Source: Alphaproteobacteria bacterium
GTDB taxonomy: Bacteria; Pseudomonadota; Alphaproteobacteria; GM7ARS4; G965262615
Reading direction: 5' to 3'
NCBI GenBank assembly: GCA_965262615.1
Contig: OZ253545.1
Location: 320,001 to 384,000 of the forward strand
Length of the DNA: 64,000 nt
Part shown: positions 18,481 to 28,027 of the stretch, one piece after another
Position numbering within the stretch: the first letter of the stretch is position 1
Layout of the letters: each line of letters starts with the position of its first letter
Notes under the pieces: generated by a model
The model's input: the letters and a program-made list of their open reading frames with translations, nothing else
What the model was told of the DNA's origin: nothing
Database searches by the model: none
Made by a program: the position numbers and the translations under genes

Positions 18481-19530
18481 ATGTCGCTGTCTCCTCTCGC
18501 TCGCCGCCGCCTTGCCAATTTTCGCTTCCACAAACGCGGCTATCGCGCCTTTTGGATTTTTATCACCCTGTTTGCCATCACCCTGCCCGCCGAATTCATC
18601 GCCAATGATCAACCTCTCCTCATTCGCTATGATGGCTCGTTCTATGTGCCCATGGTTGAACCCCTGTCGGAACAATTTTTTGGCGGCGAATTTGCCAGTC
18701 AAGCCGATTACACCGACCCCTTCGTGCAAAATCTCATTGAACAAAAGGGGTGGCTCTTGTTTCCCCCCATCCCCATGTCCTACGACACCATTGATTTTGA
18801 CCTTCAGCACCCCACGCCATCGCCTCCAGACTCCGTCCATTGGCTCGGCACCGATGATCAAGGGCGTGATGTTTTGGCGCGTCTCATTTACGGATTTCGC
18901 ATCTCGGTGCTGTTTGGACTTTTGTTGACCATGCTCAGCTACCTCATCGGCATCATCAGTGGTGCGCTTCAGGGTTATTTCGGCGGCGCGGTGGATCTCG
19001 TGGGACAACGATTGGTGGAGATTTGGTCTGGCTTGCCTGTCTTGTTTCTACTGATTTTACTCTCTGCCTTCATTGCGGTGAATTTTTGGTGGCTGCTCAT
19101 CATCATGGCAATGTTCAATTGGATTGCCATTGAATCGGTGGTGCGCGCCGAATTTCTCAAAGCACGCCAGCTGGTTTATGTGCGAGCGGCGGTGGCGTTG
19201 GGCGTGCCACCTCACATCATTCTCTTTCGCCACATTCTCCCCAATGCCATGGTGGCGGCATTGACCTTTTTGCCATTCGTTTTGAGCGGCGCCATCACGA
19301 CTCTCACCTCATTGGATTTTTTGGGCTTTGGCTTGCCGCCCGGCTCGCCCTCACTGGGAGAAATGCTGCAACAAGGCAAGAACAATCTTCATGCGCCGTG
19401 GCTGGGGCTCACCGCGTTTTTTGTGATTGCGGTCATGCTGACGCTGCTCATTTTTATCGGCGAGGCGGTGCGCGCCGCCTTTGATCCCCGCCGTAGCCTT
19501 CCCACTAATTCCACAAAGACAAAAAAATGA
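18481..19530 (+). CDS. yejE: Peptide ABC transporter permease YejE
   Basis: WLGTDDQGRDVLARLIYGFRIS, SLDFLGFGLPPGSPSLGE. Confidence 0.95.
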   Translation: MSLSPLARRRLANFRFHKRGYRAFWIFITLFAITLPAEFIANDQPLLIRYDGSFYVPMVEPLSEQFFGGEFASQADYTDPFVQNLIEQKGWLLFPPIPMSYDTIDFDLQHPTPSPPDSVHWLGTDDQGRDVLARLIYGFRISVLFGLLLTMLSYLIGIISGALQGYFGGAVDLVGQRLVEIWSGLPVLFLLILLSAFIAVNFWWLLIIMAMFNWIAIESVVRAEFLKARQLVYVRAAVALGVPPHIILFRHILPNAMVAALTFLPFVLSGAITTLTSLDFLGFGLPPGSPSLGEMLQQGKNNLHAPWLGLTAFFVIAVMLTLLIFIGEAVRAAFDPRRSLPTNSTKTKK

Positions 19531-21119
19531 CCCCACCACTCCTCACCATCGATCGCCTATCTGTGCCCTTTCCCAATGAGAAAAATGCAGGACTGCAGTC
19601 ACTCTCACTCTCCATCAAAAAAGGCGAAAGCCTTGCGCTGGTGGGAGAATCTGGAAGTGGCAAAACCATGACCGCCCTTGCCATCATGCGACTGTTGCCA
19701 CCTTCCATCACCCCTCAAGGACGCATTCTTTTTCAGCATCGCCACAAAGAACTCTCCCTTCTGTCTCTGCCGTCCTCGCACATGCCCTTGGTGCGCGGCA
19801 ATCACATCGCCATCGTCTTTCAAGAGCCCATGACCGCCTTTAACCCTCTGCACACCATCGGCAGACAAATCGCCGAGAGCTATCTCACCCACCATCCCCT
19901 TGAGGATGCCCGCCCCCATGTCACACGATGGCTGCAAGAAGTGGGATTTGCATCCACAGACATTGCGCGCATCGCCAATAGCTATCCCCATCAACTCTCA
20001 GGCGGACAGCGACAAAGAGCCATGTGCGCTCAGGCACTCATCAATCAGCCCTCCCTTCTTATTTTGGATGAACCCACCACCGCCCTTGATATCACATCAC
20101 AACAAACATTGCTCGCCACCCTCAAAAAATTACAGCACAAACATCAGTGGGGCATGATGCTCATCACCCACGATCTCTCCATTGTCGCCACCATGACCCA
20201 ACACATGATCATCCTCAAAGACGGTGCAATCGTTGAACAAGGAGACACCCATCAATTGCTGAACAACGCAACGCATCCCTACAGTCGCACCCTCATTCAT
20301 AGCCTGCCGCCCGCAAAAACCTATCGCCGCAAAAAATCACCCCCTTTGCTGCAATTGCACAATGTCTCCTTGCACTATCAACGCACCGCCCGCTGGTTCA
20401 AAAAAAATGATGCACCGTTCATCGCCCTTAACAAGGTCTCCTTCACCATCCATCAAGGAGAAACCATCGGGGTTGTGGGAGAATCCGGCAGCGGCAAAAG
20501 CTCGCTGGCTCTTGCCATCACGCATCTGGCGGCGGCGCACGGCTCTATTCTTTACGAAGGACGCAATCTTCTCACGCTTTCTGCCAAAGACATGCGTCCT
20601 TTGCGCAGAGACATTCAAATCGTTTTTCAAGACCCCTTTGCCTCTCTCAATCCTCGCCTGACCGTGAGCGACCTCATCAGTGAAGGGGTGTCCATTTTTG
20701 AGCCTCATCTCAGTGAGACCACCCGTTCCGCTCGGGTGCAAAAACTTCTCAAGCAGGTGGGACTCAAGCCCTCTCATCATGATCGCTATCCTCATGAATT
20801 TTCAGGCGGGCAACGACAACGCATCGCCATCGCTCGCGCCCTCATTCTCAATCCCAAACTCCTCATTCTTGATGAACCCACCAGCGCATTGGACAAAGCC
20901 ATTCAAAAAGACATCCTCGCACTGCTCACCCAATTGCAACGAAAATTATCCATCGCCTATCTTTTCATCAGCCATGACATGGGCGTCATCAGCAGCATGG
21001 CCGATTATATCATCGTGATGAAAGACGGCATCATCATTGAACAAGGCGCAGCACAAGACATTCTGAAAACGCCACGCCAGAGCGTCACCAGACAGCTCAT
21101 TGCCGCGGCGCATCTTTAA
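19527..21119 (+). CDS. yejF: Peptide ABC transporter double ATPase YejF
   Basis: Two GESGSGK Walker A motifs, YPHQLSGGQRQR and YPHEFSGGQRQR. Confidence 0.93.
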   Translation: MTPPLLTIDRLSVPFPNEKNAGLQSLSLSIKKGESLALVGESGSGKTMTALAIMRLLPPSITPQGRILFQHRHKELSLLSLPSSHMPLVRGNHIAIVFQEPMTAFNPLHTIGRQIAESYLTHHPLEDARPHVTRWLQEVGFASTDIARIANSYPHQLSGGQRQRAMCAQALINQPSLLILDEPTTALDITSQQTLLATLKKLQHKHQWGMMLITHDLSIVATMTQHMIILKDGAIVEQGDTHQLLNNATHPYSRTLIHSLPPAKTYRRKKSPPLLQLHNVSLHYQRTARWFKKNDAPFIALNKVSFTIHQGETIGVVGESGSGKSSLALAITHLAAAHGSILYEGRNLLTLSAKDMRPLRRDIQIVFQDPFASLNPRLTVSDLISEGVSIFEPHLSETTRSARVQKLLKQVGLKPSHHDRYPHEFSGGQRQRIAIARALILNPKLLILDEPTSALDKAIQKDILALLTQLQRKLSIAYLFISHDMGVISSMADYIIVMKDGIIIEQGAAQDILKTPRQSVTRQLIAAAHL

Positions 21120-22812
21120 TCAGTGCTTCAAGCTGCGTCTCATAACGCTGTTTGATGGCGCGCCGTCTTAATTTCAGAGTCGGTGTCATCAACTGGTTGG
21201 CAATGGTAAATTCCTCATCGGCAATCATGAATTTCTTCACCCTTTCAAAGGGTTGCAACTGCCGATTGGTGTCATCAATCATTTTTTGAACATCAGCTTT
21301 TGTGCCTCGCCATTCTTGTGCCATCACCACAATCGCCACGATATACGCCAAACCATCGCCAAAAACCGCCGCCTGACCGATGGCATCATGACGGCACAAA
21401 TGCTCTTCTATCTTGACGGGGGCAATGTTATCGCCACCACTGTTCACAATCATATCCTTGATGCGGTCGGTAATCACGATGTCGCCATCATCATTGACAT
21501 AGCCACAGTCACCCGTATGCAGCCATCCATCCCGCAACGCCTCTTTTGTTGCCGCCTCATCGTTCCAGTATCCCTTCATGAGATTATCGCCGCGCACACA
21601 CAGCTCGCCTTCTGTTGTCACGCGCAATTCCACATTCTTGAACAGTTTTCCCACCGTGCCAAAGTGATTGGCAAACGGCTGATTGCAACTGATAATGGGG
21701 GCAGCCTCCGTCTGACCATAGCCCTGCAGAACCGTGAGACCAAAAGCATCCAAGTTTTTGTTGGTCTCCTCAGGCAAAGCCGCACCACCCGATATAAAAA
21801 GACGCACACACCCACCAAATCGCTTGGCAATGGCGCGCCGCACCAACACCGTCAGCACACCATCAAACAGCCTTTGCGGCAGTGACAATGGACGCGTCCG
21901 CCTTCTGCCCCAGTGCCATGTCTGGCGCAACAACCATCCCTTAATCCCCGTGGCGCGCCGCATTTGCTCCATCAATTTGCGCTCCATGCTCTGATACAAA
22001 CGCGGCACACCCGCCATCAAAGTGGGCTTCATCTCCGCCATGTTGGACACCAATTGCTCCACATTCTCCGCATACACAATCTGTGCATCACCCAAAGTCA
22101 TGGGAAAAAACTGACAACATGTGCGCTCAAAAGAATGCGCCAGAGGCAAAAACGACATGAACCGATGACCATCCAAACCAATGGGACGCAATAATGATGC
22201 CGCACCCTCGCAATTGGCTAAAATCGCCCCATGAGACAGCATCACACCCTTCGGATGAGAACTGGTCCCCGAAGTGTGAATGATGGAACACACATCGTCT
22301 TTTTTTATATGATTCAAAGCCAGTGCGTCATCGCCGCCTGATGCCATCACATCGTTCCACGATGTCAATTTTATGGATGACGGCATATGTGCCTCATCCT
22401 TGAGGTCATCCAACACGATCACCATCGTCACAGAATCGTTTTGCGGCAAAATATTTTTAAGAGACGCAAATGCTCGTGCAGAGGCAAAAATCACCGATGC
22501 CCGCACCGAATTGATGCAATAGAGATGATCCTCGGAACGATGAGTCGTAAAAAGAGGGGTTGTCACCGCACCACTCGCCATGATTGCCATGTCCGCCATC
22601 ATCCAGCGAGGACTATTGTCCGCCACAATGATGCAGCGAGGGTGGTGCTCCTGATGATGCCCCTGCAAAAAGCGCGCCATGTGCGTGACCTGACGCGCCG
22701 CCTCACGCCATGACAAAGACCGCCACGCATCTTCCTTAAAGTGACACAAAGCGCGCTCCCCCTGACTCTGAGCCTGAGCAAAAAACATATGAGGCAGTGA
22801 ATTCCACATCAT
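21097..22812 (-). CDS. fadD: Long-chain fatty acid--CoA ligase (AMP-binding)
   Basis: HTSGTSSHPKG, QGYGQTEA, GWLHTGD, DRIKD, TPTLKLRR. Confidence 0.9.
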   Translation of the reverse strand: MMWNSLPHMFFAQAQSQGERALCHFKEDAWRSLSWREAARQVTHMARFLQGHHQEHHPRCIIVADNSPRWMMADMAIMASGAVTTPLFTTHRSEDHLYCINSVRASVIFASARAFASLKNILPQNDSVTMVIVLDDLKDEAHMPSSIKLTSWNDVMASGGDDALALNHIKKDDVCSIIHTSGTSSHPKGVMLSHGAILANCEGAASLLRPIGLDGHRFMSFLPLAHSFERTCCQFFPMTLGDAQIVYAENVEQLVSNMAEMKPTLMAGVPRLYQSMERKLMEQMRRATGIKGWLLRQTWHWGRRRTRPLSLPQRLFDGVLTVLVRRAIAKRFGGCVRLFISGGAALPEETNKNLDAFGLTVLQGYGQTEAAPIISCNQPFANHFGTVGKLFKNVELRVTTEGELCVRGDNLMKGYWNDEAATKEALRDGWLHTGDCGYVNDDGDIVITDRIKDMIVNSGGDNIAPVKIEEHLCRHDAIGQAAVFGDGLAYIVAIVVMAQEWRGTKADVQKMIDDTNRQLQPFERVKKFMIADEEFTIANQLMTPTLKLRRRAIKQRYETQLEALIKDAPRQ

Positions 22813-23909
22813 GCTTGTTCCATCGCAATCATCGTTCCTTTGAAATCTTTCAACAAATGACGGTCGGCAGCCGTCACCCAGTACTGCACATCCAATTCGT
22901 CCCAGCTCTGATACAATTGGAAACGTCTGCGTTCATCCAGATGTGCCGCCGCCTCATCCAACAATACCACAGGACGCTTGCCAAGCTGCCGCAACAGTGC
23001 CACCGCTTTGCTCACGAGAGAAACCGTCAGTAATTTTTGCTCCCCCGTGGAACACAGACGACCATCCATGCCGGATTTTCCATGTCTCATCACAAAATCA
23101 CTCTTGTGAACACCATAGGCTGAGCCACCGCTGAGACGATCCTCCTCTCTGCACTGCCGCCACAATTCACAGAGCCGCTCCTCCAGCTGCAAAGCAGACA
23201 ATTCCGCGAGCCAGCCATCAACCGCACAATCCATCTCCAGTGTGATGGGGAAAATTGACTCATGGTGCTTGTTCAAGCGCGCCACCATCACATGACGCGC
23301 CGCCGCAATGGATGAATTCAAACGCGCCATGCGCTCCTCCAACAGAGTCAGCCAGCGAGCATCGCCATCGGTGCGCAACAAGCGACTTCGCTCCCGCAAC
23401 AAGCGACCATAATTGCGTAACCACGATTCGTGCTGGTGTTCAAAATGACTCGTTATGTGGTCAAGCAGGCGTCTTCTTGCCTCAGGCGGTGCGCCGCCAT
23501 CGCGCTCACTGTCTGGTGTCAACCACAAGAGGGGCATCTCTTTGCGAAATTCTTTTTGTGTCTGTGCCACATCATTGACTCGCATACGGCGCATGCCGCT
23601 CTGCCATGACAGCTGCACATCATCCACGACTTCATCCCTTCTCCATTGCATATGCACCATCCAACCATCAGAGCCCGTGTGCGCCACCACAGACGATGAT
23701 GCACCCCGCATTCCTCGTCCCTGCAGCAGGGAAATAGCCTCTAACACATTGGTCTTGCCGCACCCATTGCTTCCCCACAATGCCACACCACCCCTGTCAT
23801 CAAGAGTCAGACGATAATCCCTATGGTTGCGAAAATTACACAGACGCAACGAGCAAATTCCGCAATGTCCCGCCTCTTCGCTCACCAAAGACACCGCCGC
23901 TTCAATCAT
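22809..23909 (-). CDS. recF: DNA replication/repair protein RecF
   Basis: NFRN, GSNGCGKTNVLEAI, STGEQK, LLDEAAAHLD; follows dnaN. Confidence 0.95.
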   Translation of the reverse strand: MIEAAVSLVSEEAGHCGICSLRLCNFRNHRDYRLTLDDRGGVALWGSNGCGKTNVLEAISLLQGRGMRGASSSVVAHTGSDGWMVHMQWRRDEVVDDVQLSWQSGMRRMRVNDVAQTQKEFRKEMPLLWLTPDSERDGGAPPEARRRLLDHITSHFEHQHESWLRNYGRLLRERSRLLRTDGDARWLTLLEERMARLNSSIAAARHVMVARLNKHHESIFPITLEMDCAVDGWLAELSALQLEERLCELWRQCREEDRLSGGSAYGVHKSDFVMRHGKSGMDGRLCSTGEQKLLTVSLVSKAVALLRQLGKRPVVLLDEAAAHLDERRRFQLYQSWDELDVQYWVTAADRHLLKDFKGTMIAMEQA

Positions 23910-23915
23910 ATCCAA

Positions 23916-25049
23916 CTACGCCTTAATGGGCATGAGAAGACCCAAGTAATGAGGGTTTTTCTCTCCGCGAACGGTGGTCGCTCCGCCAGAGCCGCGCAAA
24001 AACAATTGCACCATCCCCCCCTCAAGAGGAAGCACCGCATCTGTCAAATAACCAATGTTATAACGCAATTCCAATTCTTCTCCATCATAGTCCACATCCG
24101 CCTCATCGCTGCCCTCATGGTGATCATCATGATGAACACTCATGCCCAGCAAACCTCGCGCAAAACGAAGCGACAAACGACCGTTCTTGTGATCCACCAA
24201 ACTGCCCATGCGCTTCATCATCGCAAGAAACAAATCCCCCTGAAGAGAAATCTTCACCCCATCATCAGATGGAACCACACCGCGATAATCAGGATAGCGA
24301 TCCTCCAGCAAACGGGTGTAAAAATGAACATCGCCAAATTCAATGCGCATCCCCGTATCCGACACATAACAGATCATTTGTCCATCCACCCCCTGTAAAA
24401 GGTGTGTCATCTCTTTGACCGCGCGAACGGGAATAATCACTCCCTTCAACGAATTGTCCGCAGGCTGCGAAAGGGGAACATCAATCATGGACATGCGGTG
24501 ACCATCCGTTGCCACCATCCGCAGCATCGTCTCACCCCCCCCATCTTCCGTATGACAATAGACACCCTTGAGAGACGGACGCGCCACCTCACGAGGAACA
24601 GCATAATCAACCGTTCGCAAACCATTCAAAAAATCAGCGGCAGCCATCTCACAAGAATAAGAGCCCTTATCCTGATCCATCGGCGGATACCCCTCATCCA
24701 ATGTGCGCAACTTAAACTGAGCTCTGCCACACGAGAGCCGCACCCATGTCTCACCCCCCTCTTCTTCCAATTCCATGTGGAGATTATCAGCCACAGACAA
24801 CTCGCCCACAATCTTATGAAGCAAAAAACCAGGAAGGAGAATCGTTCCCTCGCCCTGCAAATTGTCACACGCCACCACCTCTTCACCACTGCTTTCCATA
24901 TTATTTGCCGTCATCATGATGCGTCCCTGATGGGCAACCAGCTTCAGATGCGACAAAATAGGCATCACTTCACGATGCTCCAATAAATCATGAAGACGCT
25001 TCAGCGACCCCAAAAAAGAACCGCAGTTAATATCAATGATCAGCTTCAT
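23916..25049 (-). CDS. dnaN: DNA polymerase III beta clamp (divergent)
   Basis: MPILS, MVATDGHRM, YPDY, LLMP; dnaA-dnaN-recF order. Confidence 0.95.
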   Translation of the reverse strand: MKLIIDINCGSFLGSLKRLHDLLEHREVMPILSHLKLVAHQGRIMMTANNMESSGEEVVACDNLQGEGTILLPGFLLHKIVGELSVADNLHMELEEEGGETWVRLSCGRAQFKLRTLDEGYPPMDQDKGSYSCEMAAADFLNGLRTVDYAVPREVARPSLKGVYCHTEDGGGETMLRMVATDGHRMSMIDVPLSQPADNSLKGVIIPVRAVKEMTHLLQGVDGQMICYVSDTGMRIEFGDVHFYTRLLEDRYPDYRGVVPSDDGVKISLQGDLFLAMMKRMGSLVDHKNGRLSLRFARGLLGMSVHHDDHHEGSDEADVDYDGEELELRYNIGYLTDAVLPLEGGMVQLFLRGSGGATTVRGEKNPHYLGLLMPIKA

Positions 25050-26394
25050 GGCGCAAAATCTCCATAAGTCGTTCCATATCGTTTCTTATTGACATATCAT
25101 CCTCCCGTCTCTTTTGCATCACCTTGATGGCGTGAAGAACCGTCGTGTGATTCTTCTTTCTGAATTTGTGAGATATAGCAGGATAGGAGAGACTTGTCAT
25201 CTTTTTCATCAAAAACATTGCCATCTGGCGAGGACGTGCCAGTGAACGCATGCGACTGGAAGACAATAAATCATCAATGGAAATACCGTAGTATTGAGCC
25301 GTTTGTTTGATAATGTCATCGGCTTTGACATCCACATGTCCCTTTTGCCACCATTCCGCCACCACCTCCAGTGCCATCTCCGGAGTGATCGGCTTGTTCT
25401 CCAATTGATTTTTTGCCTCCAAATGCCTCAAAGTGGAAACCAACGCCCGATTGCTAAAACTCACGCGCAACGCCAGCATCTGCAAAATATCATCAGAGAC
25501 ACGAAGAGAGCCGTGACGAACCGAAAGACAATGACGCAAAATATCAAGACGCAATTGATAATCACTCTTTTTAATCTCCGCCACCAAACCACTGCCCAAG
25601 CGAGAGGTCACATATTTCGGAAATCCCTTCAGATGGGCAGGGTGCTCATTGCCTGTCACCACAACTTTTTTCCCCATCCCAACCAATTCGTTAAAGATAT
25701 ATTTCCACTCATCCAAAGTCTTTTCCTTGCTCAGCAGAAATTGAAAATCATCAAACAAGAACGCGTCTAAAGAACAAAAGTGATTCTTAAATGCCTTCAT
25801 GCGATCGTTATCGCGCACCACATCAACAAAATTGCTCAGAAAATTTTGTGCATTGACACAAGCAATGCGCCGACATCCATTCTCAAGAAGAAGCCACCCA
25901 ATGGCATGCAGGAGGTGACTCTTGCCATTGCCCACATCCCCGTAGATATACAACGGATTATAACGCTCATTGGATAATTCAAACTGCTGTGCAATCTTGA
26001 GAGAGCCCTCATAGGCGAGAGCGTTGGCTTCCCCCTTGACGAAACTCTCAAAGCGGGCAAGAGGATTTAAATGACATTGTTTGCCCAAAGCAAGAATATC
26101 ACCTTCAGATGTCTCACCAGAACGCACAGGCGAATGAGACACTGAAGCAGACGATGGCAATTCAATCACCAATTGATGAGTCTCACTTCCATGACGCAAC
26201 AAAGATTGCTTGATGGCATCTTGATAGTTGGACCTGATGTATTTTCTTAAAAAGACCGTCTCCACATGCACCACTGCGCGTCCATTCTTCAAAGAATGCA
26301 AATTCGTCTTTGACAAAAAAGCACGATAAACATCATCGCCATATTGACGCTGTAAGTCGTTTTGCACTCGCCGCCACAGTTCTTTCACATTCAT
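25033..26394 (-). CDS. dnaA: Chromosomal replication initiator DnaA
   Basis: FESFVKG, YNPLYIYGDVGNGKSHLL, DDFQF, SRLGSGL, RPRQMAM, HTTVLHA. Start 26394 via ATGA overlap (alternative 26406). Confidence 0.97.
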   Translation of the reverse strand: MNVKELWRRVQNDLQRQYGDDVYRAFLSKTNLHSLKNGRAVVHVETVFLRKYIRSNYQDAIKQSLLRHGSETHQLVIELPSSASVSHSPVRSGETSEGDILALGKQCHLNPLARFESFVKGEANALAYEGSLKIAQQFELSNERYNPLYIYGDVGNGKSHLLHAIGWLLLENGCRRIACVNAQNFLSNFVDVVRDNDRMKAFKNHFCSLDAFLFDDFQFLLSKEKTLDEWKYIFNELVGMGKKVVVTGNEHPAHLKGFPKYVTSRLGSGLVAEIKKSDYQLRLDILRHCLSVRHGSLRVSDDILQMLALRVSFSNRALVSTLRHLEAKNQLENKPITPEMALEVVAEWWQKGHVDVKADDIIKQTAQYYGISIDDLLSSSRMRSLARPRQMAMFLMKKMTSLSYPAISHKFRKKNHTTVLHAIKVMQKRREDDMSIRNDMERLMEILRHEADH

Positions 26395-26834
26395 TTCTGT
26401 CGCCAAGGGAATCCCTCCGCTTTCCAGCCGTTATGACAGCCTCGTTGTCCTTTCTCATCCAGATCCCCCTCAAAGCCCGGCACCACATTGTAGCATTTCG
26501 CAAAACCCGCCGCCGTCAATGCCATCGCCGCCATGCGAGAACGACCGCCCGAACGACACAGACACAAAATCGTCATGCTCTCATCGAGACCACGCGCTTT
26601 GACATCTGATACAAAATTCATATTCTGAGTCATCCCAGGATAAACCTGCCAGGGAACATAACAAACCTCCCCGCCCAATGAAGACACATCACACACGCCC
26701 ACATAATTCCATTCCGCATCCGTGCGACAATCCAGCAGACGAGCTTGAGAATCTTCTTGCAACAATTGCCACGCCTGCTGCACCGTTATATCGCCACCGT
26801 AGGATGCCGACTGTGTCACTTGATCGCTCGCCAT
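26391..26834 (-). CDS. Single-domain rhodanese-like sulfurtransferase
   Basis: LLDCRT.AEW, active-site LCRSGGRS, GFEGD, GWK. Confidence 0.9.
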   Translation of the reverse strand: MASDQVTQSASYGGDITVQQAWQLLQEDSQARLLDCRTDAEWNYVGVCDVSSLGGEVCYVPWQVYPGMTQNMNFVSDVKARGLDESMTILCLCRSGGRSRMAAMALTAAGFAKCYNVVPGFEGDLDEKGQRGCHNGWKAEGFPWRQK

Positions 26835-26911
26835 CGTCTTCCTTTCTTAAAGCCCCTCTCCTAGAAACCCCAGAAATCAAGGGTTTTTCATAAAATTCAT
26901 TCCCACAGCAT

Positions 26912-26939
26912 CAATTCATTGTGCCAATTCATTGTGCCA
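26912..26939. repeat. 13-bp tandem direct repeat CAATTCATTGTGC (x2) in the AT-rich divergent promoter region of rhodanese-dnaA / ogt
   Basis: caattcattgtgc caattcattgtgc ca. Confidence 0.8.
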
Positions 26940-27063
26940 CTGCAAAAGTTTTTTCTCAAGATGAATAAAATTATTGACTTTTCAAATTCAAGGTTTCATA
27001 AGTCTTTTGACAAGAAAAATTGGTTATTAAATTGAAGATATTTGTTGTGCCGCTCTCCTGCCC

Positions 27064-27573
27064 ATGCTCACAGTGACGCTTTACCACAGTCCCATTGGCA
27101 TTCTTCACATCACCTGCAGTGCAAAACAAATTCATCGCTTGCGGTGGCTGCGCGCGCATCATGATGTCATTGATGAAGGCAGTCAGACGAGCCTGACACA
27201 GCGCGTGACTTCTTGGTTGAATTCCTACTTTTCTCGCCATCGCCCCACTCCTTTGGCAGAGGATTTGTTTTGCTGGGATGATGTCTCCGTCTTCACAGCC
27301 ACCATTCTCAAACAGGTGCGCCACATTCCTTATGGCTCACTGGTGAGTTACAAAAATGTGGCAGAGGAAGCGGCGACAGGGGCGCGAGCGGTGGGAGGCG
27401 CGTTGTCGCGCAATCCATTTCCCATTCTCATTCCCTGTCATCGCATCATTGCCAGTAATAGCCAAAAGGCTCGCCATCTTTGTCTCAAAGGATATTTGGG
27501 TGCAGAAGGCGTGACAAAAAAGAAGTATTTATTGGCTTTGGAAAATCCTCAACTATTCTCAGCTATTCATTGA
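27064..27573 (+). CDS. ogt: Methylated-DNA--protein-cysteine methyltransferase
   Basis: IPYG, ARAVGGAL.RNP, IPCHRII. Confidence 0.95.
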   Translation: MLTVTLYHSPIGILHITCSAKQIHRLRWLRAHHDVIDEGSQTSLTQRVTSWLNSYFSRHRPTPLAEDLFCWDDVSVFTATILKQVRHIPYGSLVSYKNVAEEAATGARAVGGALSRNPFPILIPCHRIIASNSQKARHLCLKGYLGAEGVTKKKYLLALENPQLFSAIH

Positions 27574-28027
27574 CTGAAAAAAGTCTTTATTGCTTTTGGA
27601 GGTGGTGAGTTTCTCAAGGATGAATTCCATCGCATCCACAGTTCCCATAGGTGTGAGAATTCTCCGCAGCACCCACATTACGGCATTGCCAAAAAGAAAT
27701 ACCTATTAGCTCTGGAAAATCCTCAACTATTCTCAGCTATTCATTGACTGAAAAAAGTCTTTATTGCTTTTGGAGGTGGTGAGTTTCTCAAGGATGAACT
27801 CCATCGCATCCACAGTTCCCATGGGCGTGAGAATTCTCCGCAGCACCCACATTACGGCATTGCCAAAAAGAAATACCTATTAGCTCTGGAAAATCCTCAA
27901 CTATTCTCAGCTATTCATTGACTGAAAAAAGTCTTTATTGCTTTTGGAGGTGGTGAGTTTCTCAAGGATAAACTCCATCGCATCCACAGTTCCCATGGGT
28001 GTGAGAATTCTCCGCAGCACCCACATT
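27506..28027. repeat. 3 x 174-bp tandem repeat of the ogt 3' end / rho 3' end overlap
   Basis: GAAAATCCTCAACTATTCTCAGC recurs at 27541, 27715 and 27889; units are 27506-27679, 27680-27853, 27854-28027. Confidence 0.97.

Noticed and set aside
26835-27063. oriC upstream of dnaA
   Set aside because: AT-rich but has no clear DnaA-box pair. The C-rich + strand bias appears to continue past it, and the hemE-maf spacer fits better.
27506-28027. CRISPR array or DGR template/variable repeat
   Set aside because: Units are 174-bp contiguous gene-end copies with no unique spacers, no cas or RT gene nearby, and the differences are codon-silent rather than adenine-specific.
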